From: Guillardia theta CCMP2712
Lineage: Eukaryota > Protista > Cryptophyta
DNA: 64,000 nucleotides
Assembly (NCBI RefSeq): GCF_000315625.1
Contig: NW_005434615.1
Location: forward strand, 254,852 to 318,851
Direction of reading: 5' to 3'
This document shows, one piece after another, positions 1 to 15,000 of this stretch; position 1 is the first letter of the stretch; every line of letters begins with the position of its first letter. Made by a program: the position numbers and the translations under genes. Under the pieces are notes generated by a model, which worked only from the letters and a program-made list of their open reading frames with translations, did no database searches and had not been told where the DNA came from.

Positions 1-3000
1 CTTTGTTTGCGCTCAAGTCCATCAGCAGCTCTCTGTGAACGAGACCATTGGTGTAGAAGCGCAAGGGGTGTTGCTCAAGTTCGTAGAACGTGGAGTAGCT
101 TCTTTCGACTCAGTGATTGTTCGGTCTTCCGGCAATGATTTTGTTCTTTTCTTTCGCATCTACGAGGTCTCGGAGCTGCTTCCGAACTGCTCAAATCCCA
201 GCTTTGCTAGCACGACGTCCGAGAGGTTCAGCATACTCGCTGCAGAGGTCAGTCAGCTCAAGGTCGTCGAGCAGCCTGCTGGAGCGATCGTAGCAAAGTC
301 AACGTCCAACGTCAGGGTCAGCGTTGCCTTTCAAGATAGTTTCGGAAACATCATCACCAATGCTCAAGGGTTGACTGTCTCTGCGGAGATCGGCCGGTTT
401 CAGGGTACTTGCAGCTCATACAGCACATGCCCATCGAATGGCACTTTCATTCAGAATGGTCTTTCTACAGACGGAATTGTCACGTTTGCAAGTATAAGGT
501 TGTCAACGGTTGGAACGTATCAGCTCAAATTTTTCTCCATGTCCCTTTCTGCTCTAACCACCAATTTTGAAATAGTAAGCAGCACTGCGTACATTATCGC
601 GATGTCGACCAGCCCCACCGATTCTTCATGCTCGTGGAAATCAGGCTCTACGGGAGATGTCCAATGCACTTTTGGAGGAATTTTGATTCCTCAACCGGCT
701 TTCATGATCTATGATCAGTTTGGGAATGTTGCTAACGCAGATAGCAATGTGTATGAGCTCTCTGTCGTCGGAACCGGAGCAAACAGCCCAAGCCTGATTT
801 GCGACGACTCGTTCCCTGCCAACCAGAACTGCAGGGCCTCCAGTGTGGGTGGGATCGTGAAATTCACGGACGTGCGGGTGGACCAGACTAGCTCCCAGCT
901 GCAGCTGCTCCTCTCTTTGCCGAACTGTTACGCTCTGACGAGGTGTGATGACCCCAGCAAGTTCATCAGCACAGCAGAGACAGACCCCTTCAACGTGTAC
1001 GCCATCCGTGACATCGTCCTCAACTCCAACGTGTGGGGGATTGTAGCCGGCTGCCCGTCGCAGACTGGAATCCTGCTCAGAACCTTCGGGTACCTAGAAA
1101 ACACGGGCAAGAACGTTTTCATCCCTGTCAACGGAGGGAACGTCGTCGTCTCCCTCTTCGTCTGCGGGGTACAGTACGATGACTTTCAGCTCTCATCTCC
1201 CGTGCAGGTCGTCGAGCAGTACACTGGAGCCTTCAGGCAGACGACCGAGGTCATCAATGGGAAGAGCGTCTTCAACAAGGAGATTCCTGTCGTCGGGGTG
1301 CCTTACTACGCCTACTTCTGCAGCGCCGTTCTCCCTCCTTGCACGACTTCCTCCTGGATCGTTTCTGCCGACAAGGGAAGCTGCAACATCACGAGACTGA
1401 GCGCTGCCGGCCGCTTCGTCCTCATCTGCGGAGTTGAGAGCGCACCCAGCAAGATCAGTTTGAGTGCTATGAGGTGGTTCCATCCCAAGAACGCTTCTTG
1501 GACACAGGGCACTAGCGCCAACCTCACGCTCAGCCCCATCTCCCGAGCATGCGACACTAGCAGCGGCTCCAGTGAGCTGTGGGGCCAGTCCTCAGCCAAG
1601 TTCGTTGACGGCATCGCCTCCTTCGGCAACCTCAGGATGAACATCTCCGGCCTGCACACCCTTCGCTTCCTGATCCAGTTCGACGGCTCCACGGAGACAT
1701 TCGTGCGCGAGGGTTCGCTGAACGTCTCCGTTGGCGCTGCATGGGACCTCAACGTCATCCGCCAGCCCTCGCAGATGGTCGTCGGGCAATTCTCGTCCCC
1801 CACGTTCGTCCTCCTACTCCTCAACCTCCAGGGCGACGTAGTGAGGGGGTGGAGCTGCGATGGCCTGTCGTGTTCCATCCCCGGGCCCAGCAAGCACCAC
1901 GTGCAAGTCACACTGGTTGCACTCAACGGCTCAGTCCCGGCATACAAGACGATCTCGCAGGAGACTGTGCTTGGGTTGGAGTTTTCCTTCAACTTTACCA
2001 CCCCCGGCTACTACTCCCTACTCTTCACATACTCGTCCGCGGACCTCTGCATTGCCAACTCCCAGCTGACGGCCACCAGCGATGTGTTCGTGGTCGAGGC
2101 TGGCTTACCTGCCTCCATCGTCTTCGTCCAACAGCCTACGCCGGGTTCGCTCGGGGCGGGAGATTCTTTCAGCCTGTCGTTCGCGGTCAGAGACTCGTTC
2201 AACAACACAGTCTCCACCTCCCAGGCGATCGCCGTTGCCGTTGCAGAGTCGACTGACGTCTACTTGTACAGTCGGTGCGATCAGCAGGCATTCCAGCTCA
2301 ATGGGTGCGAAGATCTGAAGATGACAAGCATCCAGATGACGAGTGTAGTCCAGAATCTGACTTTCACCATCGTCAGGCCTGGGGTGTGGAGTGTGAGCCT
2401 CGCTCTTGCCAGCGCTCTCAAGTTCAGCTCCTTCCCTGTTGTCGTCAACCAACCTGTGTTCAACGAGCAGACGAGGTTCCTTGATGTGGGGAAGACAGTC
2501 CCTTCTGCCCAGGCTGGAGACGAGCTGAGCCCGCCGGTGACGTTGGCCTTTCAAGATGTGTTTGGCAATCAGCTGAGAACTTCAAGCATGCAAGTTCAGC
2601 TCATCAACCTCGAGGCTTTTCTCGAGGGTCAACTCGTCTACGGTCCCTACAACATCTCAGGCATCGACCAGAACTTTGTCGTCCAGGGTCTCCGACTGTT
2701 TCAGTTCCAGCCTGCCCTCAAGGTCCGCTCGTCCAACTGTAGCGTTACCGTCTCCTTGTTCTTCTCTGCCACCCTCGTGCATCCCGGCGGGTCCTCAAGC
2801 GTTTCAGGGTCGGCGAGGGCCGCACTGAGGCCTCGAGACGTCTCCAACATCCTTTTCTTCTTCACGTCCTACCAGCCCATCGCCGGCGTGAATTTCTGGG
2901 ACCCACCAAGTGCCCAGCTGGCGGACGATTACGGGAACCTGATCTGCAACCATGGTGTTGCCGGCGTGTCTGTCCAGCTCTCCATCTGCAGCCTTGCCAA

Positions 3001-6000
3001 CCTCTGCGATACTCTTCTCAACAACTACCCGCTGCTGCAGGGAAGTCTCGCCGTCTTTCCCAACGTCTCGGCATCGCGTGTAGGGGAGCAGCAGCTCGTC
3101 GTGCGCTACCTTGTCAACGGGCTCGTGACCTACGAGCGACGGTCTCAGCCCTTCGAGGTCACCAGCGCTGCGGCTGTCAACGGCTCCTTCCTCCGCCAGC
3201 CGACAGCAGCGCTGGAGAGCGAGAGTATCGCGACAGAGAGTGGGAGAGCCGGTTGTGAGCCTTGCAGGGTCCACCAGGGCCTCCTCCTTGAGGTTCTTGA
3301 CAAGTTTGGGAACCTTGTCACGAGCCCAGTCGAGGTCGGCCTGTCAGTTATATACTGTCCAGGTCTGTCAATCATGGGAGATACCAAGGCCTTCTCAGTC
3401 GAGGGGATCGTTAAGTTCGAAGAGGTCGTGTTGGTCAAGTCCTCCTCATCATCATCCTCACCTTCGTCCTCGTACAGTTGCGCGATTGTTGCGACGTTTG
3501 AAGGGGGGGCGATCGAGTCCAACACATTTCCTTTCCGAGGGATACAGTCGCTGCAGTTTGTGTCCCCGCCTGTGCAGACTCTTGTGAGAAGCCGAGTGCA
3601 AGGAGGAAACGTGTCGGTCAGGATGATAGACGATGACGGGATCGTTGTCAATTCCACGTCCTTACAAGTCAACGTGACTCTGGACGACTTGGCTTGCGAC
3701 TGCTCTGCTGATTGCGCCGGGAGCTCGTTGGTGAAAAGTGTCTTCGCCTTCCCATGCATTCTTGCGCCACGCGCTTCGGGAGTTTATTCTTTGACAGCCA
3801 AGTTAGTGTCAAAGTACAAACAGCTACAAGTGACAACGTCCTTGACTGTCTTGACTGACCCTCCTTTCAAGATGACTGTCAGCCCAGTGTCAGATCATCC
3901 GGCACAGGCAAACTCAGTCCTCAGCTTCTACGTGCTTCTTACAGACGTATACGGCAACCGTGTGGTTCCCTTCCCCTCCAATCAAGTAGTCAAAATGAGC
4001 ATCGTCGCAGATCAGTCACAAATCAGCAGCACAGACCTTCAAGATGGCAGGAGGAGGATTTCAATTCCTTCCCCATCTTCATCAGGATCTTACGTGACCA
4101 GTTTCTCCCTCCTTGGCTCAAACATACAACCTGTCTCCGTCACCTTCACAGTCACTCATGCCCCCTTGCACTCTGTTCAGATCATTTCGTATTCTTCCTA
4201 TGCCCTTCAGGACCAACCACTACAGCCTGACCCCCTTCTGCAGCTGCTCGACTCGTACAACAACCCGTTCACTTCCTCAGGTTTCAACTTGACTGTGAAA
4301 GCTGCTCTCAACTTCTACTACCGGAGGCTTGATGTCGACCAGAACGGCTTTTTGCAGCTCCGCAACTTCACCTTTACCACCTCCGGCCAGACTACGATCA
4401 ACATCACGGTGATTGACACCCTGGCTGATCGCTCAGTTCAGAACTCCTCCGGTTCTATCTCAGTTCTCGACCTCGAGACCTTGCTGTCACTCCCTGTTCG
4501 ATCCAGCACTGCAGGTGATTCTTATCTTAACCTATCAGGACCTCTACAGCTCCTTCCTCTCATCGAAACCTTCAAAATCGGTCCCTCTCCTCCCTCCCTC
4601 TTGCTCAGGAGCGTTGTCATCTCCACGGGAGTGCAGGGGGGTCAGACGATCGTGAAGGAGGAGATCGCGCTGAATGGTTCTCAAGTCAACCTTCACTCCT
4701 CTCTCCATCACCTCAACACCACAGGCATGTTCTCAGCTCGACTTGTCTTCTTGGTGATCTCAGCCCACCCTCTGTCCCTCTCGGGCCCATCCTCCCTCTT
4801 CCAGGTCAGGGCTGGGCCTCCCAATGCCTTGATCATTCTGCAAGAGCCGAGTGATCAAATAGCGCTTCATGGTTGCCAAGAGAACTTCCCTTGCCCCCTC
4901 CCGTTCAACTTCTCTTTCCCTCCGCTTCCTGTACAGCCTGTCATCCGAGTGGCAGACAGGTTTGACAACGGAGTTCCTGACGTGACGGTGAATGCCTCGA
5001 TCGTCGACCTCTACAACCAGACATACGAAGGGTGCTGGTTCTCAGTCTCTACGGCGGGCCCGCAAGGCGAAGCTCGCTTCAGGAATGTAACAGCCATCCT
5101 GCCACCAGACGGCCCGTTCCCTTACTTTCAAGTTGTCTTCGCCGTCGATGGGATGCAGAAGCTGTCCAAGGTTTATTCGATCATCTCCGATTACCTCCTC
5201 ATCGTTGAGGCTCCTAGTTCTCCGCCGTCGTCAGTGGTAGCCGGACAGAGTCTGACTGTCACAGTTGGGCTCAGTGACTCCTCCTCCTCCACTCTCCACG
5301 TCGGCTCTCCGCTCTCATTGAGGTTCAGCGACGGGTTGTACACTCAGGACGAGTACAAGGCTTTCTTCACTCAAGGAGTCGCCTCGCGAACAGACGTGAA
5401 AGTCACTAGGACCTCAACCAACATGAGTCTTTTCATCCAGTACCTCGCGGTCACGAGGCAGATTGGCCCGTTCGTCGTTACCGCTGCCTCCTACGATCAC
5501 ATCACCATCCTGCAACAGCCAGCTACAGTCTTTATGGTCGACCAGCCCTCCCCGACTCCAGTACTCCTGGCACTGTACGATGCTTACAACAACCTTGTGG
5601 ACGGAACGTTTTCTATCTCAGCCAAGTCGTCACTGACCTGGACCAACTCCCTCCAATCCTGCCAGGACTTGACCTGCTCCCTCACGACCTCAGGAGGGAG
5701 GGCAAGCTTCTTAGGCTTCCGCTTCCTCACTCTATCCTCTCAGTCTTTCTTGACCTTGTCCATCGGCCAAGTGTCTGTGACAAGCAGCCCGTTCTCAGTG
5801 ATCGCCGGTCCGCCAGATGCTGTGCGAAGCTCCTTCACGGGCATTCCCAGCACGTCCTCTGCTGCCGGAGCGATCCTGTCGGGGATCGTGTGTAACGTCA
5901 AAGACTCGAGAGCCTCTAGTGTGACGGTGGTGGCGGCAGGCAGTGCTGTGAGTGGAGGGAAGGAGTACGTCGTTCTGCCGCAGGCTGCCAGCTCGGAAGA

Positions 6001-9000
6001 TGGGTTCTACGTCAACATGACTATCAAGATCCTGTCGGGGTCAGGAGCGAATCAAAAGGCGACGATCGTGTCGTACAGTGGGAAGTCGAGGACGGCTGCC
6101 GTTCTCTTTGATCGAGCTGCTGGTCCTGGTTCACAGTTTGCCATCTACCGCCCGGCTGAGTGGAGGCTGGTAAGGGTGTCGAACAACGTGGAGGCCGAAG
6201 TTGACCCTGCAGACTACTTTTGGCATGGCCCAACGCACGGGGAGATTGACAACGGACAGGTCGCGGCCTTGCCGTTGGAAATCTTTGCTAGCGGATCCTA
6301 CCGTCTCAAGGTCAAGTCGGGTGACTCTGTGTTGTCCTCAAACGCGCTTGTCATCGCCTCTGGTCCAGCGGTTTCCTTCAAACTTGCGGTGCAGTCCTCC
6401 TCTGCCAATCAGCTTTCAGTGGGGAGCCTTCCAGCCTTGCAAGTGACGGAGGTCGATCGCTATGGGAACCAAGTTCAGAGTTCCACCTCCCGCTCGTACT
6501 CGCTCGTAGCAGAAGCCCGGGTCATCGGGCCTCGGCTAGTGGAGGACTCATCTCCGATCTTGACGGGAACTACCACAAAGGCCTCTTCTTCAGGTGTCGC
6601 GACCTTCACTGACTTGCAAGTCAAGACTGTAGCTCAAGGGCTTACATTCTTGGTGTTTACCACCACCCTAGGCATGAGAGTATCTGATGACTTTGTCATC
6701 CTACCGGGCAGCCCTGTCGCCATGTCCTCTTACGCACACCTCTCCTCGTACAGACTTGACCCATCGGCGGCCACAGCATTTCCCACTCAGCCTGTGGTGG
6801 GGGTAGTGGATGTGTATCAGAACTTTGTCACGGATGTTGAGATAGCGATCGTGCTTATGAGGAATGGCCAAGTTTGTTCATCACAATCAGATTGTCAGGC
6901 TGAGCTCATGGGCAACCAGAACATAGCTGCTGATGCAGATGGCAAGTTCTACTACACGGATCTCTTCGTGGCGTCTGCTGGATACAACTACACTCTCAAC
7001 TTCTCTGTCTCACAGTATCATTACCAGGCTCTGCACGTTGAGCTCGTTTCCAACCTGTTCACCGTCTTTGCGGGCCGGGCTATGTCGTTCAAGTTCATCC
7101 CCTCGATGCCCTGCCCAGCTGCTCCCGCTCCTTGTACGCTCGCTGGACAAGCACTTCCTACTCATCGGCTGATGCTAACGGACTTCTATGGAAACAAGGT
7201 CTCTGAGAACTTCGACGGGGTGGTTGTTCAGGCGAGCCTTGAGGGAGGAGGGCAACTGAAAGGAACCGTCACTGCCGAGGTGAAGGGAGGAGAAGTCTCC
7301 TTCAGTAACCTGCGTGTCCAAGTAGCCCTTGACCCTTCCGCCTTTAACGTCATCTCCGTTGCAGACTACAACTGCGGACAAGTACAGGGAGCGTGGAAGC
7401 TTCGATTCCAAAATCTTGCAGGAGGGAGGACTGGCGATTTCCCCCTGCCCCTGGTCGTCTGCTCCGACCCCTTCGTCATCCTCCCGACTGACCCGTCCAC
7501 GTTACTCGTCTTCCCTTCCACAGTGCAAGGTGCCCTTGCGTACGCCTACCTGCCAGCCCTCATTGTGACCCTCTACGACGAGTTCGGGAACGTCGCGTAC
7601 CAGGCCGGAGGCATCGTCAAGTCGTCGTTGAAGTCATCGACCAACCCAGAGACAGCCTTGAAGAACGCAAGCTCAGTAGATATCGCCCGAGGCAAGGCGA
7701 CCATCACTGGGTTGTACATTGACAGGGAGGATTCTGCGGTCGTCATTGAGTTCTGCTATCAGATCTACTCCTCCTGCCTCATCCTTGGGAGCTCTGACAG
7801 CTTTGCGGTCAGCACGTTGCTGCCGACTACAGCTCTATGGAACCAGCAAGGGAGCATTCTTGCTGGAAAGCCTCTCTCCACCATAACTGTTTACCTTCAC
7901 TCGGTACCCTCCATTTTTTTCTCCCCCGTCGCATTCCAGATCCATCTGTGTCAGAACGGGGTCTGTACGTACGACCAGTACCTGACGGGCTTGAACACTG
8001 TTGTTTCGAACACCAGGTGGGTCAGTTTCGGCAACGTCATCATCACAAAGACCGGAGTTTTCACGCTGAGATTGGATGCAATCAACATCCCAAGCTTCAA
8101 GGTTTTCACCAGCTCATTCACAGTCCTTCCCGCAGACAGCAGCTTGTGCAACAGCCCAGGGAGCTGCTCCTTCCAGGTCGCCGAGTCGCCCGTCAATGGA
8201 ACCCTAGCAGGCTCCAACTTCTCTGTCTCTGCGGACATTTTTGACAAGTATGGGAACCTGTTGACAGCCGGCCAGGTGCAACTTACCATCGCAAGAGGCC
8301 CTGCTGGGGCTCAGCTGGTGGGAAAGACTCTCGGGCAGATCGACGCCAACGGCCGGGTCAATTTCCTTGTATCGATCACCATGAGCTGCAGCCCACTTGA
8401 CTGTCAAGGCGCGTCGGAGGAAGGGTACCAGCTCTTGTTGACCAAGGAGGCTTCCTCGGTCAAGACCGAGCTCTTCAGCGTCCTGAACCTCTTAGAGCTC
8501 AAGTCGCTCTCGTTCACCGTCCCTGTCCCAACTGCCATTGCAGGCATTGCCATGCCACTCAACCCGTTCGTGACAGTCAGAGACAAGTACGGCAACATCG
8601 TCAAGGAATACAACATCCCGCTGAAGTGGAACGTTGGCAAGCCGGTCGACATTCAGGGCTGCCTCGTATGCGCTCACTTTGCCTGGAGCTGCAGTCAGAA
8701 TCTCTCTCAGACGTGTTCAAGTGTTTCCCTACCTAGCGCTGGGCAGCTGGAGTTGGGGCCAACGGTCCTGACCAAGGCGCAATCGAGTGTAAAATTATCA
8801 GTGACGCTTTCCTTCTGGACCGGAGAGACGATCGGGACGGCGCTGTCCAACTCATTCGAAGTCATACCTGCCTTTGCCTCTCTCGTCTCTTTCGTACTTG
8901 TCCCCTCGCAGCATGTTGCTGGCCTTCCCTTCTCATACAGATTGCAAGTGGAAGATGTCTTCGGAAATCTCATCACGCGGGGCTGGGTGCACGCGACCCT

Positions 9001-12000
9001 TCTATCTACATCGGCTGTTCACTTCGACTTGTCTGGCTGCTCGCAGTGCATTCAGTGGACTAACGCTTCGTCGATCACAAGTCAGTTCGAGGTCAAATTG
9101 CAAGTGACTCAATCGGTCCTGGATGATTCACTGGTTGTGCTCTTTGAATATTATGATCCTGATTGTCAAAAGCTATTTGGAAACTTCTCGACCAACACAG
9201 CAGGAATGTCATGCGAGACGCTGAAAACCACGAAGCCTATGGCTCCAGGCTTGGACTGCTCAACAAACCTCAGCCTATCAAGTTCTAACTTCTCTGTATC
9301 CCCAAACATCCCATTCCAGACTAAGTCAACGGCTCAGACTCAGATCGTGAACGGAAAATTGACCTCGATGGAGATCACAATCTTCGACAGACAAATGAAC
9401 AAGGCAGTAGGTTTCAATGAGAGTTTCACACTTTGCTTGCAAAGGCATCTTAGCTGCAATCAAACCTCTGCGTTTGAGGTTCAAGACATCGGCTGCTCGC
9501 CAGCCTTGTTCTCGCAAGGAGTCTTCACTGTTTCCCTTCAGATTCCAACAGTCAGCATCTGCGTCCCCTCGCTCATGACCATGCAGGTGAAGGGATATGC
9601 TGTTAGCTCAGTCTCCTCTGTCAACCTCTCAGTCGTCAGCCCGACAATCTCTGTGACTCCTGGTGAGTTACATTCCTTTGCTCTCCTGCGCAACGTCAGC
9701 TCTATGAACGCGTACGGAGAATATTTGTATGTGCAACCGATGCTTGCTCTCAGTGATGTGTACGGAAACAGACTCACTACCCCAGAACAAGTCAATGCAA
9801 CTCTTCTACATTGCACAGAAGATGATTGCGAGGCAACAGCATCTGTTCAAAGTGACGAGTATGGAGTTGTCAAGTTCACTTCATTGAGAGTGATGCGTCC
9901 TCCGAACGTGAACGTATCAGTCCAATCCTACCAACTCATTTTCCGATCTGGTGCAGTCTCGATACTGACGGACACGTTCAAGGTGTACAACCTTCAAGAA
10001 CTGGTTGTTTTGAATGGTTTGAATCGCATAGCTGTCGGTCTTGTCGCTGAACCCCCGTTGCGCGTGGGACTGCGATACGGCCCTTCGATGGGTTCAGATG
10101 ACATGCAGTTTGTCGACACCTGGCCAGTTCCAGTACAGACAGTAGTGATGCAAGGCAGTAAAGCTCTTCTTCCCCTTGCAGCATACACCTCTTTCATCTC
10201 CAACGGTTCTGCTGAGATCAAAAACTTCTCGATCCCCTCGGTGCTCGTGAATCTCACGCTTCAGCTTTCACTCGTTGGGTATCAACTAAAGAGCACGAGT
10301 GGGACTTTCTCTGTTCAGAGCCTCCAAGCGCTCCATCCGGTATTTGTGACACCTTTTCCCAGCATCATCGAGGCTGGTACAAGTTTTGATCTTCAAGTCA
10401 ATCTGGTAGACGCCACTTTTGAGTCTATCAAGACTTCTATTCTCCATAACTTCTCTGCCTCGTACTTGGTAAAGCTCGACTGTTACAGTGGGATTTCTCA
10501 CAACATCGTTCTTCCTTTCCAAGGAGTCAACTCCACGCTCTCAATCAACGGCTCTGCAGCCTTTCTCAATCTTCGTTTCTATGCAATCGCTGAAAGTGCT
10601 GTTTGTCAAGTTGTAGTTCCTGGGACCGTTGGATATGATTATGAGAAACCAGAGATCTTGATGAGTCCGAAATTTAAAATTTCAAGCGCAAACCCGTACC
10701 GTATTGAGATTGTTCAATTTCCAAGCAGCATAGTATCTTCTGAAAGGCTTTCTTTGTTTCCTGTTGTGAAGGTGTATGACGTGTACAGCAACCTATTCAC
10801 AAAGGATATGTCAGTTGCAATCAAGATCGATTGTGTACAAGACTGTGCTGAGGTCTTTGTCGACAACAATGCTGTTCTTGTCCGAAATGGAATTGCGAAC
10901 TTCTCAGAGCTCATTGTCAACGCTACAGCAAACAAGAATGTCACCTTCAAAGTCTCCCTTTTAAACTCTACTGGCGACATCTTTCTTCAGAACCATGGCT
11001 ACATCCTGGTGCCTTATATCCCCATCCTCCCGAAACTGGTGCAACAGCTCGTTACGTCCTTCGGAAGAATCGAGATCGCACTGAACCCCTCAGACACATC
11101 TTTCAACGCAACCATGAATCCCTGGCCGCTTCTCCGCATCGACGACCTCACTGGGAACAATCGTCTCTTTATCTGCATGTCAATGATCCAGGGAAAGTTC
11201 CTGGGTGCCGTTTCGCAAGTTCGACTGCGACCGGCCGGCGATGATGCAGCAGTCTTCATCAATCCAGACGGTCAGTACGCAAGGTACGAGATCTCTGGGA
11301 GTTTTCTGACTATGAACGGGTTCCGTCTGGACGGCAGCCTGGGAGGGGATTTGCGATTTCTCTTCTCAGCTTGCAACGAAACTACAATTCCAAATGTAGC
11401 AGCTTGCAACCAGAATCCAGCAAACTGCCAAGGACTGCTGTCTTCTGCATTCAGAGTCGTCAATGGTAATCAGATCAACTTGAAGAATGTCTTGGCAGCC
11501 AAGGACATTATCATGGCAAACGACGCTTTCAGCATCAGTTTTATGCTGTTGGATGAAAATGGATTTCCTCTTTCGAGCGAATCTGTTGAAGCTCACCTTT
11601 TGCTGGTTGAACACAAGGATCCAAATGTCAACTTCACCATAGCCACCAACATGAGTGTATCAGGTTATGATCACGCTGATGCTGGAAATCTGTATTTCTC
11701 TGGAGTAAAGGCTGCCTATGTTGGAGTATTCAGAGTCACCGTGTCCATCAGGCAGGATGTGTTTTCATTTCAACACATCACTATCGTGCATGGCAAGCCT
11801 GCCAAGCTGGTCTTTGACCCCATCCGACTCAACGGAACCGTTGGATTCAACTTGGCCTTGCAATCAAGCATCGCAGTCACTATTCGTGACGCCTCAAACA
11901 ACCTTGTCTCTTGTCAGGGTCTCAATGAAAGTGACTCAAAGTTCATACAGCAAAGCGTTCCTGGGTGTGCAACTGCCGCAAGAGTCTCAATCAAGTTGTC

Positions 12001-15000
12001 TCTGTATCAGAAGTGTTCAGGTCAAACAGCCTGTGTAGCGACTTTACAGCAAGGCTTGCTGGAAGGGCAGCTGACGAACGTGACTAACTATGGGAAGGGA
12101 GAATTCAGGAATCTCACGATATCGAAATCTGGGTATGGGTTCTACTTTTCGGCGGAAGCAACGATAGCAAACCTGAATCTCATGGGGGAGAGCAGCGAGT
12201 TCTCTGTATTGGAGACATCCTATGGCGGAATGGTAAATGGTAGAGGAGATGGTCTTGGCAACAATTCTCACTTTCAACTGTCAGGTGGTTGGAGGATGTC
12301 CGGCTGAGGGAGCTGTGTTGAATGTGCACGAGCTTGTAGATAGTCTCAAGGTGTTGCGAGTGTTTTCATCGGATAACCGAAGCATGGATTCCACCACAAA
12401 CGGTGCCTCCGGTTGAAGACTGAAACATGTCGCTGATGATAGTCTTCCAGGAATTTGTTCTTCTGAAGGGTTCTGCTATGTCAATGCGACTTCGGTACAG
12501 GCGTATGGGATTGGAGGAGGATACGATATGGGGTGAATGACCTCTATTTTTCTCTGATCCGATTTGACTTGATGCACTTTACAGTCCGATCCTCTGCACG
12601 TCCGCAAACTTCTCCTGCATAAAGCTATCGTCGATGGGCTCTCGTTTCTCGGATGGGATGGTACTTGAGTTTTGCTAGATCGTTGTTCGTTGAGCTCTTT
12701 CTTGCTCTAACAGGCTGCTATCACAAACCTGCGACTGCCGACAGTCTCAATGCCGAAGCTAACCCTCCGCCTGGAAGTGTCATCCCCCTTTGACGGGAAG
12801 GTTGTGTATCAAGACTGCCCGGCCGTCGAGCTTCTTCCTGGTCCTCCTACGTCGATCGAGATCATGTTGCAACCGCCGGGAGGGAACATCGCAGGCTCAT
12901 CGCTCACTGTGCAGCCTCAACTTCGTGTCCTAGACGGGTGATGCTACGTGCACGATTTGAGGTCAAATGATTGCTTTCTCCCACAGATATCACAACAAGA
13001 TTGTTTCTCCTGTCACATTTAAAGCGACTCTTTGTGCTGCATGCACTTGTCCTTGCACAGACTCTCAGCAGATTTTGCCGGGAGGGGTAATAGTGGAGCC
13101 TTCCTGCAACGCAAGCAAACCCCAGATAAAAGAAGCTTGGATATGCACAAGGTGAAGGTGTTTTGTGGTGGAAATCAGAAGTATTGATGTCTTTCTTCTC
13201 TAGCTCGTCCCCTGCGATCTTCGACAACAGCATGCCGATGAATCAAGCTCGAGGCTTCGCCAACTTCCGGAATATGAGGACCACGAAAGCATACAGCAAG
13301 ATGAAATTAGTGTTCTCGATGCTGGGTATGAACGACCTTCAATCGTCTTCAATATCATTTCAGGTGATGTCACATCAATCATAGGTGCTTGCTAAGTTTT
13401 GAATGCCGTTCCTGCACAGGTCATCCCATGCTCGCCGAAGTACCTCTTTCTCCCCACCTCGCCATCATCCACTTCTCCTTTCGAAGCCGGAACTTTCTTT
13501 TGCAGCGGATCGCTCTGCGATGTTCGAATACTCGATGCTTACAGGAATTTGGCCAATGGATATCCTGTGGAGGTATGAAATAAAACAGTAGCATCCGTTC
13601 CATGTTGACGTCATTCCAGATTCAAGCTATTCTGTATCGAAAGCCGGAAGCTAACCGAGCAGGATTTGCATTGAATCCGTCTTGCGCGTGCAAGGGTATC
13701 AACACTAATTACGCCGTCTCTTCCTCACTGGAAAACTTCGATTATGGAAGGTGACATCATACCTTTTAAACGTACCTATATGACTGAACAAAACTTTGAT
13801 TGCAGATATTGTGCAGTGTGGGATGGTTATGGTTCACAGTGCGGCATTGCTCATCAGACTTGCTCGTCAGGCTGGTTGTGCTGCCAGCCTTGGTGCTATG
13901 TGGACGCCTCTTGCCCTGGCGCTGTTCCAGACACTGTGGTGCCCGGACTCTTCTACTCCTATCAGACCTGTTCGATAGACTTCGTGACTACTCAGAACTG
14001 CGGAGTCATCAATCAGAACAATACGTGTCTAAACAGAGATGGAGGCAGGTATTGGATCTCTACACACACTTCCCAGTCGGAAACAGTCGAGAATCTCTTT
14101 GGAGGCACAACCAAGAGCACGAACACAGGTATTGCAACTTTCACAGACCTGTATGTCAAAACTCCGGGAGACTATCAGCTTGCATTCAGAGGAACCTACT
14201 TGGCACAAATCTTGTACTTCAAAGATGAAGTGACTGTCAGATCAAACATAGTCAGAGGTCTGAACCTGATCCAGTCTCCTGATGATAACTCGATCATCAA
14301 TCTCCCGCTCTTGAAGCAGCCCATAGTACGGCTATCAGACGCATACAGCAACACAATCTTTGTGAATGACTTCTGCGACACAGTCACCGTCTCTATCATC
14401 TCAGATTCCCTGCGAATGTTGAAAGCTACTCCTTCTGGCAACGTCTCAGCCCTCGACCCATCACTTGTTCTGAGCAAGAGATTTGCTAAGGCACAACTTG
14501 GGATGGTGGAACTCAGCGATATGATTGTGGGAGGTCTGACAGCGGGAACAGCTCAGCTGAATTTTACCACAGGTTGCTGCGCCTCTGATCCACGACTCTG
14601 CTTCTGTGCTGACCCCGTAACGGGTCTTGATACTGGTCTTTCAAAGCCCAACAAGGGACCTTGTGCTTGGGTAGCAACTCCTTTGTTTTATGTCAACCAA
14701 CCTTTACATCACCTCACAATCTCTGGAAGTCTTCCGTCCACGATACAAGCAGGGCAACTGTTTGATGTTGTCGTGCTGTTGAAAGATCGTCAAGGGCAGA
14801 CGATGAGGAAGGATGGCGTCACGGTAGTTCTTCAAGTTTCAAACCCTCTGACGAAGCTTCTTGGGCCAAGACAATCCGCCTCACTCCAGGGTGTATGCAC
14901 TTTTTCAGGTTTGCAGATTTTGGAATACACGAATGGTGACCTGCTTTACCTGAAGTTCACAGCGAGTGACAACAGCGACATCTCCACCACATCAAGTCCC

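Noticed and set aside
35-12307. 4090-aa ORF as a standalone prokaryote-style gene
   Set aside because: The frame is open from base 2, and its last residues are read-through of intron 12233-12284. The same repeats continue in downstream exons.
12307-13744. Pseudogenisation or recoding suggested by fragmented ORFs
   Set aside because: The breaks examined are explained by ~45-60 nt GT-AG introns that restore the frame.
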